DNA of 63,094 bases, filler included, from Bigelowiella natans CCMP2755 (taxonomy: Eukaryota; Protista; Cercozoa): assembly GCA_000320545.1 (NCBI GenBank). It is 10 parts of 10 records of this genome, joined end to end, with 100 filler letters (N's around TTAATTAATTAA, not from the genome) between each part and the next. Parts side by side here need not be neighbours in the genome. Positions count along the whole stretch, not along the records: positions 48,777 to 50,661 come from ADNK01000585.1; positions 50,762 to 55,021 come from ADNK01002497.1; positions 55,122 to 60,771 come from ADNK01003622.1; positions 60,872 to 63,094 come from ADNK01000593.1; 6 more parts are not named here. One strand, 5' to 3'. Both the position numbers and the translations under genes were made by a program. Below the pieces are notes generated by a model that saw only the letters and a program-made list of their open reading frames with translations, made no database searches and had not been told where the DNA came from. Position 1 is the first letter of the stretch; every line of letters starts with the position of its first letter. Of this stretch, positions 50,575-63,094 are shown piece by piece.

Positions 50575-50650
50575 TTGTGTAGCCCTAACGTACCGTTGGG
50601 TTGTTCCGTCTGGCACTCTCCTCCTCTTTCTCGGAACTAGGCCACTACGA
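48850..50650 (-). CDS. Internal exons of an unidentified low-complexity protein gene (approximate)
   Basis: Coding-like islands ending at GT donors on the minus strand (about 49077-49190 and 49930-50000) among microsatellites. No family recognised. Confidence 0.25.
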
Positions 50651-50805
50651 TGATTTTGACCNNNNNNNNNNNNNNNNNNNNNNNNNNNNNNNNNNNNNNN
50701 NNNNNTTAATTAATTAANNNNNNNNNNNNNNNNNNNNNNNNNNNNNNNNNNNNNNNNNNNNCCAGAGAAAATAAGTTTTAGTATGCTTCCCTCCATCAAA
50801 ACACA

Positions 50806-50849
<44 letters not shown>

Positions 50850-52339
50850 AACCACCTCCTCATCCTTATATATTATCATCTGCTATGTGTAACATGAAGG
50901 ACGAGAAGAAAGTGTTCGGTAAATAAAGGGGTGGGGGGGGATGGAGGATCGAAGCGATATGAAGAATAACCCACCGAGAGGCCCAAAAAATTAACCAAAC
51001 GGACAACAGAAAAAGAAAAGGGTGAGCACCAACAGGGGTAGTAGTATATTGACCCAATCCGAATGGTGAGTTTCTAGACATGCAATAAGGCAATAAGTGA
51101 TGAAAGGCTCACCGCTTTAAGGAAAGCCGGGACTACAACCTCACTTAGCCGAATGTCCAAGGTGTCTTGCACCTAAGGAGAGTAAGGAGAAAGAGAAAGA
51201 AGAAGATATGTATGATGATCAGAGAATATAAAGACAATTTACGATCTCTACATTCAGCGTGTTCTTCGGATCATGTTCCTCTCTCGAGTGCGTACCGATG
51301 GAGCCCGCATATGCCGCACCCATTCCGTGTCCTTGACCCCTAACTTCCTTACGTGCAAATCGTACGGGCACGTTGCGGAGAGTCCCCCATCCTTCTTGAC
51401 CCATCTTTCGAGTTATTCATATGTGTTTTATAACGATGAGAGCGAAGCCTTCTTTTTTAGAACGACTTGAGTTTTTAACAATCAATAGTGTTACTCAATC
51501 AACTTAAATCCAACAATTTGCGAACGACGTTGTTTCTACAATAATATGGGCCTGTATGTTAGGTAGAATGATTACTTCTCTCCTGGCTTGAGGACTCGTG
51601 AGCACAGTCGCACCCCCCCCTTGAGATGAATGGACACCTTGGCTTCGAACGATGCATCGTTCAATATGGTCACCTGATGAATCACAAGGCAACGCACATA
51701 TACGCATCAAGATAAATCACATCGTGCACCGAGACGCATCAGAGCACACGAACTCGTGTTTATATTCGAAGCCGAATTCAACGGATTACTCATTCGTTGA
51801 TGTTCTATCTATGTATGGTGCCCCCCCGGCCTGTCTATCGGCGCAGCCTCGTAAATCTATGGGCATACTGTTCCCCCATGATTCTTCAAATAACGTTCGG
51901 AAAGGATCCCACCATCGTGGATGTGAGGCCACGGACGATAAAACCGAGTTTGGATAAGAAGCTAATAACCCCACCGCCGTCACCACTACCGAACCCAAAA
52001 AAATCCCCCCCTCGCATTATTCTCCAACGAATTAGTTTATCACAAATTTGTTAATTTCCTCGTCTACCGTGACTCCCATTCGGATTTCCCTTCCCGTCGG
52101 GCGCGCGTGAGCAGGGGCGGGGCCTCGATGGTGCTTCGGGGGTGGATGTTGTGGAGATAGAGAGACCTTCAATCCTAAGAAATGTCTTGCATTTCAACCA
52201 AATATCTGTCACTGGCACAAATCCCGGTTTTCCCACCTTGTCGCTCGCAAGAAAAATGAACTAAAATCAGTTTTAGAGCTGATATCAGACTGGTGGCAGC
52301 GCAGCACAATCGCGATACGACGAGTCTTCTAGCTAGAAC

Positions 52340-53433
52340 GACCAGCATTCATGGAATGGACACGTGTGCAGCGAGGATCGACGCAAGGCTCGTAAATTCT
52401 GGAGAGAGGTTTCCATGGTTTCATGTCGCGATTGGAAGACCTCCTCGTGACATCGGTGAATGCTTGAATGAAGGATTTCCCAAATTCTCTTTATTTTCCT
52501 ACATGTAGATCTCCTGCCACCATGTCCATGGATGTCCACGGATGTCGCTAAAAAATAAAACAGTTACGAGTAGATCTACGAGTACTTCCAAAAAGATCAG
52601 GGTTGGCATAAATATCCTCGAATTTGGTAATGCGACAATAATATACAGGGCACAAACGGTCCCATTGGATGCACAACGTGAAGATAACATTAAGAGTCAT
52701 AAACTTCGACATTGCATGACCTAGTCTCCTTAATATCGAAATATACATATCAAAACAGTTGTCGTAGTGAAAGAATGTAAAGTACTTTTTATTCCAAAGA
52801 CAGTCCATTGGTGAACCGCAAGGGCTTGGTACATGTAAAAATATGTAGAAAAGCCGAGTGCGACTCTGGGTTTCCATTTGTAATAATTCAGAGCAGATCC
52901 GTGTGCAGCGCAACTGGGGTGAGTTTGAATTCAGTTGACCCCCCCACAGATACATTTACATTTTCTTCTTTCCGTTGGTGCAGGTAGAACCAATCGCAAT
53001 CGCAATTGGAGAGGTGACTTTTAGTCGACAGACAAGCTGTGACATTAACTCCTCATGTTAGCCATGAGACCTCTCCTCTTTGTGGCATTGCGTTACATAC
53101 TCGCTGCTCCCATTCCACTTTCGGTTACTACTTCTCAGTACGCGGTAAGGATTATAGCATTGGGATTTTTATCAGAAGAAAGAGCGTTGATTCAATCTAG
53201 ACTTAACACGATGTCGAGAAAATCCAAAAATGTCTCACCCACCAAGTCTTGAATATCCACATTTTTTGTTCAAAAATAATTTTACAACCATGTTTCTATC
53301 CTTCTGCTAAGGCTGCCGCTTTCTCCAACTCCACCGCCGCGGGCTATGTTACGTCCGGTGTTCTTGGACCACCTGATGAACCATGTACAATAATTAGTTG
53401 AAAAGTTTTTACCACTTACGCACTCACATACAA

Positions 53434-53471
<38 letters not shown>

Positions 53472-53963
53472 AATATAGATCAATATATACATATACATAT
53501 ACATATGCACATGTATAATACTGATTGCAATGTTCATCTCTCCATCATGCATGCCATCAATCTTTCACTGAACCAAGAGGGGCCCCCACTCGTAGGTTAT
53601 CCGAGCAATTGCTTTTCCATGTCCCAGAGTACTTTCTGGGTGCCCGAGTTCAGTGCAATGTCTCATGGAATCGATGTACGTTTTTGAACACCGCACAGTT
53701 AATTATGCTATGGTAATCTTACGGTCTTGAAGTGATGTCCAACAGATGTCATCAATTGTTGCTTTTGAGATTTTCCAATTTGAACACCCATTCTACTCTA
53801 TTTCGATTATAAATAATGTACATGCTACAGACTGTGCCATTCTCTGAGTATACTTGTGGAATAATAGGTTACTTTCTCCACACCTGTGCGCGCATATGGA
53901 AACTTCACTGTGTACCAGGTGATATATGCGTAAGTGCTATAAGCGTTTGAACGTGTTTGACCA

Positions 53964-54003
<40 letters not shown>

Positions 54004-54092
54004 TGTGTGTGGTTTTGCATGATCAGGCTCAAGGTGCAGGCTCTATTGAGGCTATCGAAGTACTTCATTGAAAGAATTATCTCTGTTCTCTC

Positions 54093-54130
<38 letters not shown>

Positions 54131-54550
54131 TTACCTCTCTTCTCCTTGCTAGCTATCTTGAGCCTTTTTTCCAATATCGATGCAATAATCGTACCATCAG
54201 GTGGTAGATTTTTATACAAACCGTACGGTGGATGCTTATTACAAGAACCCAACGGTTGCTTCCGCTGACTGCTGCGGGCCATTCACAGTATGTTGAACAG
54301 AAATTCAAAAGATGAGAGCGAGAATATATAAAATATATATATCCCTAGTCAAGAGTAGAAATTGCAGGATATCTAACAGATGCTAGCGATATTTCATTCA
54401 CCTTTCTCTTTTTCTCTCGTTCTCTCCCGCTACTCTCCTCTTCGCAGATAAATCTGACAATGAGCATCACAACGAATTGGATCCGTATCTGGATGTTGGT
54501 ACTTACTCGCCGCCAATCTGTCGACTTGATTTCATTTGTTTTTACACTAT

Positions 54551-54598
<48 letters not shown>

Positions 54599-54961
54599 GT
54601 ATAATATGTATTAATATTTACAAAAACTCATGTTTATCATTTATGTGTTTGCGCGCCCTCGTCTGTGTGTAGAGAGCGGCTGCGGTCAATCCTGGAATTG
54701 ATGCTGTTAAGCTTACGACATGGTAAAGAAAAGCTCCTTTCCGCATTGTCTCATGTCTTAACGTTGACCTCACCTAATTGGGGGATAAGAGGGTGAGAGA
54801 AATACTGATAAGAGCAACATACCAGATTTACTCTATTGTCTATGTCCTCTGATCAAGTCAGATCCACTTGTCAGCATCGTCCTCGAAAGAGCCCGACGTC
54901 GATTCTCCTTCGTAGCCCACGAGCGGAAATTGTTTGCTGATTGGATGTGCAAACTTCTAAG
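52340..54961 (+). CDS. Multi-exon hypothetical protein (approximate; runs into the gap)
   Basis: A series of short AG/GT-bounded exons, e.g. LPLSPTPPPRAMLRPVFLDHLMNH, VVDFYTNRTVDAYYKNP, RAAAVNPGIDAVKLTT and PLVSIVLERARRRFSFVAHERKLFADWMCKLL. Confidence 0.4.
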
Positions 54962-55122
54962 GTAGTGCGTCGGAAGAATTACGTCGGGGTGAAGATCTGA
55001 ATCATCATTCGACGCACACGTNNNNNNNNNNNNNNNNNNNNNNNNNNNNNNNNNNNNNNNNNNNNTTAATTAATTAANNNNNNNNNNNNNNNNNNNNNNN
55101 NNNNNNNNNNNNNNNNNNNNNC

Positions 55123-55166
<44 letters not shown>

Positions 55167-55226
55167 AACTTTCATCATCATCATCATCATCATTGTCGTC
55201 GTGGTAATCATCATGACTGCTGACCG

Positions 55227-56623
55227 AAGGGCTTGCGTCACACCCAGTGCCCCTGGATTAGCCCGTTGTAGCAAGATCAGGCTGGAATACGTGTAAACGT
55301 CGGGCTCAAAAGCACTGTTCTTCTTCAGCTCTTCAAACGCCTCCATCCCTTTCTTCAGCTCTCCTCTCATGGCGCACGCATGAATGACCTAGCACGTGAG
55401 GGGAGACTTCAGTGAGAGGAGGAGATTGCGTAGGTATAAAAAGGTATTCTCCTCCCTACCCCCCCCCCCCCCCCCCCCCCCCTCCATCTACCTATCATCA
55501 TCTCTACCTTGTTGTACGACTTAAGTTCCTCAGGTAACCCCAAAGCAGCAAAGAAGTGGTCAGTGTCCAAAGGCAACGTCTTGTATCTCTCCTGTCGTAT
55601 GGCCGTGTTCGCATCAAATCACACAAACACACACACACACACACACACACAAACTCCCACACAAATAGGGCGTGCATGCGTATTTTGAAAACCTTTGGAT
55701 CGATTGGGTTTAACTTGTCGTCCGCCTCTTTCAGTACCCGCTGCAACATCGCAACCGCCTCTTGCTGTATATATCGTAATGGGGATGGTAAGCGAAGTGC
55801 ATCGGCAAGAGTAAGGAAGCGAGGGGGGGGGGGGGGGTACCGCAAACAGTGTTATGCATTTGTGTTGCGGTAAAATAATTCGTTTTGAACACAAATTACC
55901 TGCACTGCAACTAACTCTGTATCCCTATCTTCCCCGACTTCAGGCCCGATCTTATCGATTGCCTGCATGATGTATCACAAGCGTTTGTGAAAATTGCTTA
56001 AAGCAGCTGTTTGCACGTTCCCTTTCATCCACCTTTCTTCTCTCCTCCAGAAGTTCTGCCTCTTGTTCGGCAAAGTCGGAAAGATTTTTCATCATCAGCT
56101 CTGTTTGGGTCAGTACCTAGAAGAAGGGAGGAAGCATAAGTCTAAGAGGGCGGGGGGGGGGGGGGGGGGGAGAGAGAGAGTATAAAGGAGAGTATAAAGG
56201 GGAAGACACCTTGTCTTGCTGGTTACTTTTTTTTGTTGACTTTGAGCCTTTGGATTCCTTCGACTTTGATAATCGCACCTTCAGTCTCTTTTTACGTCGT
56301 TTTTGTGCGTTGCTGCAAAGGGTACCACAAGGTTAAGACAGTTCAGTCATTCTCGCCATACTCACGTGAGATTGAGGAGAACGTGCAATCAAGGACAACA
56401 ACGAGGAAAAAGCGCAGCTTCGAATTTTTGAGATTTAGTTTCATAAAATAAGGCCGAGCATCATTTCTCGTTTCGAAAGCTACAAGAATTTGGACCTGGT
56501 AGTGAAGCCACATCGATGCAAATTGCAGTGCTCATGAAGTTTTCCAGCACGCAAACTTCCCTCAAGTAAAGGCCTCCCCATGGAAAAACGAGCCAAGATT
56601 GCCCCTCCGATCCTTCGATGCAT
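55227..56623 (-). CDS. Pentatricopeptide-repeat (PPR) protein with a mitochondrial-type presequence, truncated by the gap
   Basis: The exon VIHACAMRGELKKGMEAFEELKKNSAFEPDVYTYSSLI is a canonical PPR motif. The N-terminus is MHRRIGGAILARFSMGRPLL. Confidence 0.75.
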
Positions 56624-57421
56624 ATTTATCAGCACTTCCCAGCCTCAGGAGGCACACGGTCAGAGTTCGGATGATAATGGCCCTCTGCCGGTTGTGAGAA
56701 TCTATTTGAAGGAATTTGTTTCACTTTAATAGATTATTGGAATGTAATTACTTCTTACGACAAATGAATATATTTATTATCCTCTTTTTTTACTGATATT
56801 TTGTAACAAATATATTGGTATAAAGCTTATATTTTTTGTACTTTTTTGCAGGATATATTAGGGGTGTTTACGTTTCCCTTAGGACCTCGGACAAGCAACA
56901 TCGAGCTGCTCGGCAACTTACTTTCCCTTCAATTCTTCCGCAAAATATCCTAAAATATTGATCTCGAAGGGAACACGAAGCTTCCCAGAACTAGCCAGAA
57001 TTATACTCGGCGACATGGTTTCGAAGCGAATTCCACATGCTTCGCTCTTCTCAAATATCCATAAAATGCATGACTTTATAATGCAGCGACTACCGTTAAA
57101 TTACATTATTTTGGAGTATTTGAGAATATTCTGACGAAATATTAAATTAATTTCGGAGATATAAGTCGGCGAATTGGTGCGTTGGTGGCCCTGGTTGCGT
57201 GCGGTTGGTCTTTGGGGGGGGCGCGCATAGAATGAGAGAGCTGTTGAATTTTTACAAATGCTTTCAATTATAAATAGTAATGGAATGTATATGAATGATT
57301 TAGTGTGGTTTTTCCGTGGCCGCGTTGATGGGAGAGTATAGTTATGGATGGAGGGATAAATAACTGTGGAGCCTCCATCTATTATCAATTTATTGCTACA
57401 CACATATTCTTGTTTCAATAA

Positions 57422-57982
<561 letters not shown>

Positions 57983-59461
57983 TTCTCATAATTGAAGTCC
58001 TGAATCGATGTGTCCATGAATGGTTACATCCACGGCATTAGTTTGCTAAGTAGGAATCATTAACTTGAAAACATGCTTGATATCCATAGCACTTAGCACA
58101 CATGTCTATGTTGTAATACACATGTGCGCTTAATAGCATTTGATATGTGCTCTGTTGAACGCATCATCAAATGATATCGGCGGCGCCAGTGCTATATATA
58201 GTTTTTGTATAAGCTGTCGTGCTCTGCTCGCTCCGCGTCCGATACTTGAAAGGCAGTAACAATTGCAAAGAGACGTCTTTATGTGATCAGAAGACGATGG
58301 ACTCGGCATCAAGTGTCTACGTGTTGTGCATGTACGTTGAAAATGCATGTGATACTAGTCAATGATTGCATGTTATGATTCGCTAACATGTAACCTTGCA
58401 ACCTGTACGTGCGCATGTCTAGATGTGGCGGGGACATGCGACGGGCTGCGCGTCGTTTTTTGTTGGGTTATTGCCAATGTGAACAGCGCAGGAGCACACA
58501 GCATGCGCTACGCAACGCCATGGAACGTGGCGCATCAGAAACATCTAGACATCAGTACGTAGTAGTAGCAGCATTGCCACGCAGCATCTGTGTCCGACTG
58601 CGTTCGATCGCCGCCGCATGCATGCTGCATCGTCGTCGCATGCAACATCATGCAAGTTGAATGAGTTTGTTCTCGTTTTGCAATTGTTTGTCGATTTGGA
58701 AATAAAGCTGCATGTGACCATTTGCTGCCACGTTGGTCATTTGATTTTTGCACTTTTTGTTTGCAGCGCTAGGCCCGCGGCAAGCTTGTCGCATGAAACA
58801 TGTGCTGGCACGATCAGCCAGTGATGACTAGATGATGTGTCGTAGCTGCACATTGTAGAAATATAACCACATGGTGAGATCTAGGTAGTGCTGAAATTGC
58901 AGCGTATAAGCGCATGAGATTTTGCTTACGCTGTGTCAACGTGCAATACATGTAAGCATCACCCACAGTAGAGCTCTCGCCGCTGCAACAACCGTGAACA
59001 CGAGTGAATTGACGTAGCCTCATAAACATAATTTAGAACTGTGCGCATTGGTTTAACGACTAACGCGGCATGCAGGTAAGTAAGCGTATGACAAACTCTA
59101 GAACTACACATGCACGCCTATTCTATGTCGTAGCCGTTTTGATGATGTGATGAATGGCATACAGGCGTGTTTTAAGTTGTTGAAATGCCACGTACTACTG
59201 CGCTAGAATGTAAGCCAGCACAATAATGAGCCTTGTATTGACGTCTTCTAACCTTTAAAGGTGTACACACACATGATGTGTATGCGAGATATACGAGTAG
59301 ATAATATGATACTTCTCGCGTTGCATTTACATGCAGCCTGGATATTCACCTTGTACGATCATGAAATGACATGTAGTATAAAAACGAAGCATATTAAATC
59401 ATGGGGTACCGCATACATGCGCGTATTCTTTATCGTTACTTAGTTTGCATCAATTTTGGGG

Positions 59462-60256
59462 CTAAAGCTCATGGCTTTTCAATGTTTTCCTTCTACTTAC
59501 CACATCCCCTTCTGAGAGCAGCTGTTCAAACCGATGCACACGATCATAGTAGTGTCGAGGAAGCTTAAGGGCTGGCAGCACGTACTTCGTTGTTGTTGCC
59601 AAGCCATGATGAAAATTGCTAAAATTCGCATTTATGCAGTAGGCCAGAAGCGGCCATATTGGAAGAAGAAACAGCGCCCATACTAAGAGAAAGGAGACTG
59701 CGAGAGCAAGCAGCGTACCCCAAAATCTGATTGGCTCTTCTATGTGTAAGATATCTTCAGGGGAAATCAGGATGCCAAGTATATATATCACAAAAACAAA
59801 TGAAGAAATACACCAGATCGCTGCCAGAGTTAGTGCGAATATGATGCTGCAGTCCTCCATGCGATTGAAATAGTTGTTCTTAATCCTTACCCAGACAGTG
59901 CGACCTCCCCGGCCTTCAAAGGCCTCCCCATGGATGGAAAAGGTGAACCCGTGCCATGAAATGATACTTTTGGTGTAGTAAAAGCACTCGAACTTAAAAA
60001 ATTTTCTCTCCGGGGCCAGTTGACTCCCGCTCTCATTCAAAACTGAAGAGGCCGTTTCGGCTCGCAATCGCCCGTAGACGCCGGATTTGATATTGTGCTT
60101 GTTCAACAACCACAAACGAGGCCACGGGCTAAAGCGCGCTCCTAAACGAGAACGATATTCTTCTATTGTCTCAGGAAGCTCCCATGCTGGCCGGAGAGAT
60201 TCTGGGTTACTCATTCGACCGAAGCCTTCATTCATTACCGCTAAAGCGTATCGCAA
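59462..60256 (-). CDS. Intronless hypothetical membrane protein with two hydrophobic segments (start uncertain)
   Basis: 264-codon open frame free of microsatellites, with hydrophobic stretches IIFALTLAAIWCISSFVFVIYILGILI and FWGTLLALAVSFLLVWALFLLPIWPLLAY. Confidence 0.6.
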   Translation of the reverse strand: MRYALAVMNEGFGRMSNPESLRPAWELPETIEEYRSRLGARFSPWPRLWLLNKHNIKSGVYGRLRAETASSVLNESGSQLAPERKFFKFECFYYTKSIISWHGFTFSIHGEAFEGRGGRTVWVRIKNNYFNRMEDCSIIFALTLAAIWCISSFVFVIYILGILISPEDILHIEEPIRFWGTLLALAVSFLLVWALFLLPIWPLLAYCINANFSNFHHGLATTTKYVLPALKLPRHYYDRVHRFEQLLSEGDVVSRRKTLKSHEL

Positions 60257-60969
60257 AGAAAGGGTGGAGGAGGCATTGAGATCATATACTATATATACGT
60301 TTCCGGATCATTAGACCAATTAGTTAATCCACCTCATCTTCTTCGTTCAGGTCTGCATTGCTACATCGGGATTCCGAAAGGAGATCCGAACAAAGAACAC
60401 GCCGATCATAGCAGCGGCTCCATCATTCGTTAGATTTTTTTTAAAGATAATTGCAGGACATTTTACGGTAAAAATATGAATTTTATTTGTCGCGCCTTGG
60501 TTGCGCGGCTATAGTAGGAGAACAACACTCGAGGTCCAAAACGCCGCGTAAGGCTTGTTTTATTACCCGATACCGTCGCAGCTTTTTTCGGTAAAAAATA
60601 TTTTGAAAGTCTTTTGATGTAATAGTTTGCATAATCCTTCGCTTTGTTGGGGAAGAACTCCTTGTTCAAGTAGGAAAGGTTCAAATTTGTGAGTTTGTAA
60701 TCGATGAAATATCCACGAATAATTGACCAAATATTCTTCTCGCTGTAGCCAGAAATCAAGCCATGACGAGGNNNNNNNNNNNNNNNNNNNNNNNNNNNNN
60801 NNNNNNNNNNNNNNNTTAATTAATTAANNNNNNNNNNNNNNNNNNNNNNNNNNNNNNNNNNNNNNNNNNNNCTTTCGCTTCCACTCCAGGCTACCATTAT
60901 GAATTCTAGAGACGGGAGCTCCACCCGAGACGCACAAGAAGATCAACGGAGGGCGATCGCGCCCGGAGA

Positions 60970-61225
60970 TCAAGCGTCCCCGAGCTCATCACCCTTCCCT
61001 CTTCCCGCCCTCATCGAGGGGCAAGATGAGTTACCAGGAAAGACCCGTCCATAGAGAAAATTTGCTAGACATGATGCGAAGTATAGTGACCGACGCCGCC
61101 GACGACGATGAATGATGTAGATGAAGATGATGATGATGATTGTGGTCGCAGAAGAAGAAGCATTCACAGAAGAGTAGCGGCAGTAGTAACGTTTGGTGGG
61201 TGATTGTGGGTCGTGACGTATATGC

Positions 61226-61270
<45 letters not shown>

Positions 61271-61538
61271 CTTTAGAAACAGAAACGCATGATAACAATA
61301 GCATTCATCTGTTGGGATCTTTGAAGGCAGTCGTTTGACGTGTGCCTCCATCATCCTTATCAGCAGCAGCAGAAGCACTACCACCACCATCATCATCATC
61401 ATCATTACCATTATTTGATTCAGAATCTATTGGCTTTGTCGCAATCCACTCCCCTCCTATCATCATCAGGTGGGCAAAGTTGAGAACTCGACGATGCTCA
61501 CGCGCTTTCCGGGTTGTTTAGAAGGAACATCATATAAA

Positions 61539-61582
<44 letters not shown>

Positions 61583-63040
61583 TACAAGTGCACACATCGC
61601 CAGTTCAAAATGATGATATCAGCCATCCCCCCCCCCCCACCACCGGGTAGGATGCCAGAGCTGGTTTTTCCCGTTCTTGCTCCAGCAAACGAAGGGAGAG
61701 GACGCCGATAAGCGGAGGCACATCATCAAGCTCGCCGTCGTCAACATCGCGTCCATCATCGCGTACGATGTCATGGGGAACCCGGTATGATTGATCACTG
61801 CTAGAGGGAGAAACGCAAGTTTGATGTCGTTAATGAGTCAGAAGGCGCGGAACATCTTCCAGAGAAGTTAGCGCAAGTTTTGATTGCGACATATGCCGAC
61901 CGAGTCGTTTTTTGAATTGCAAAATCTGAGCAGAAACCATCCACCACCACCAAGCAGCAGCATCGTCATCATTAGCAGCGTTTGCATTGTCCTCCTCCTC
62001 CTCCTTCTCATCATCATCATCATCATCATCACCATCATCCACCTGAACCATCGCTCACAACGTATAAGGTACGCGACGTCTTCGAGATGGAGGCCTGGAA
62101 GTGCATCCGGCTGCTGCTGCGCTTCACCAAATGGAACGAGCGCGGCCGCAACGTGCTCAAGATGCTCCTCGGCTCCGCAGGCCTCATCATCGCGAACAAG
62201 GTCGGCGAGCCCTAGCCCTCTCTCTCTCTCTCTTCTTCTCTGAATCCAACGTCGCACATCATGCCACCGTGCCAGGCCACACTCACCATGCCCCCCCTCC
62301 TTCAGGTCAAGGACTACATGAAGAAGTACGAGGCGGACGCGCCGCAGATGTGGAAGAAGCTCGCGCGCTTCTACTTCGTCTACTGCGAGCTGCTGCTGAA
62401 CATGCCGGCGCGCTACGCGCTCGAGCTCGGGGAGTTTAAGGTCGCCGTGGACAAGAAGGGCCGCTCCCTGGACCGCAACTGCCTCGTGCGCGTGATCGAT
62501 ATCGGCTTCAAGATCAAGGCCGCGATGGCGATGGGCATGGGCGCGGAGGGGGGGGGGAACAAGGTCCGCAACCGCATCCGGTTCTCCACCATGGTCAGCT
62601 TCCTCCACGACGTGCGCCAGACGATGGAGAAGCGCGTGCACATCCCGGGCGACCGCGTGGCGCTCTTCAACCGCGCGATCCACAAGCTCAACCGCGCGTC
62701 GGTGACGATGAGCAGCATCCTCACGAGCTCCGTCAAGTGCGCCCACTGCAACGTCCCCGACCTCCTCTTCGAATACTCCAAGAGCTACTTCGAGAACAAG
62801 TCCGCGGCCGCGCAGCCGCGCGCCCGGCGCACCGCCGACCACCATGCCGAGGCGGAGGACGAGGAGGGCTCCTCATCAGACGACAACGAGCCCCCCCCCC
62901 CCCCACCCGGCTCCCCCGAGATTTCGATCCACCCCCCCCGCGCGGGGGACATGCACGATTGGGAGCGCGCCCAGTCGGCCCCGTCCGGCGTGTCTGTGAT
63001 GGACAACGAGTCTTCCACCGATGGGATGGAGGGGAAATGC
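60970..63040 (+). CDS. Internal exons of a large alpha-helical protein, possibly of the neurobeachin/BEACH family
   Basis: Spliced sequence ENSTMLTRFP|GCQSWFFPFLL..IIKLAVVNIASII|VRDVFEMEAWKCIRLLL..|VKDYMKKYEADAPQMWKKLARF.. with strongly GC3-biased codons. The N...GxQxW pattern recalls the ARM region upstream of BEACH domains, but no BEACH domain is visible here. Confidence 0.5.
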
Positions 63041-63094
63041 GTAGGAGTAGTAATAGTAGTAGTAGTAGTAGTAGTAGTAGTAGGTAGAAGTGGG

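Noticed and set aside
51786-51998. BTB/KCTD-like fragment (YPNSVLSSVAS...PYIDR)
   Set aside because: I could not find the upstream LNVGG strand or the downstream F..IL motif in any splice-compatible frame.
61868-62845. 325-aa minus-strand ORF
   Set aside because: It is the antisense shadow of GC-rich plus-strand exons that have proper splice sites and codon bias.

Overview
This is gene-dense, intron-rich eukaryotic nuclear DNA, probably from a cercozoan/chlorarachniophyte-type rhizarian. That assignment is an inference from the MS-MQIFVK ubiquitin start, the signal-peptide-bearing bacterial-type enzyme and the short GT-AG introns. The window is ten sequence blocks joined by nine artificial 100-nt spacers (N44-TTAATTAATTAA-N44). 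I reconstructed spliced genes by eye. They include a 3xAP2 + Tudor-like factor, type II pantothenate kinase, an RsuA/RluB pseudouridine synthase, a FET-family RRM protein, an LPCAT-like acyltransferase, a chromodomain protein, an LRR protein, a prokaryote-type arsenite methyltransferase, a VLTF2-like Zn-finger protein, a 3xUbl-6xIQ membrane protein, phytochelatin synthase, a PPR protein, ubiquitin-S27a and several hypothetical genes. Four observations stand out. (1) The 3' end of a Ty3/Gypsy-like LTR retrotransposon has an integrase tail fused to a degenerate DIRS/phage-Dam-like adenine methyltransferase domain. (2) Every convergent gene junction that is not interrupted by a gap carries a TGCA/CATG/GCTAGC-rich tract, whereas divergent promoter junctions carry TTCG/CGAA and A/T tracts. 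(3) Introns often carry complementary microsatellites at opposite ends. (4) arsM and phytochelatin synthase lie about 5 kb apart on one gap-free block. Exon boundaries and family calls are manual and unverified by any search.
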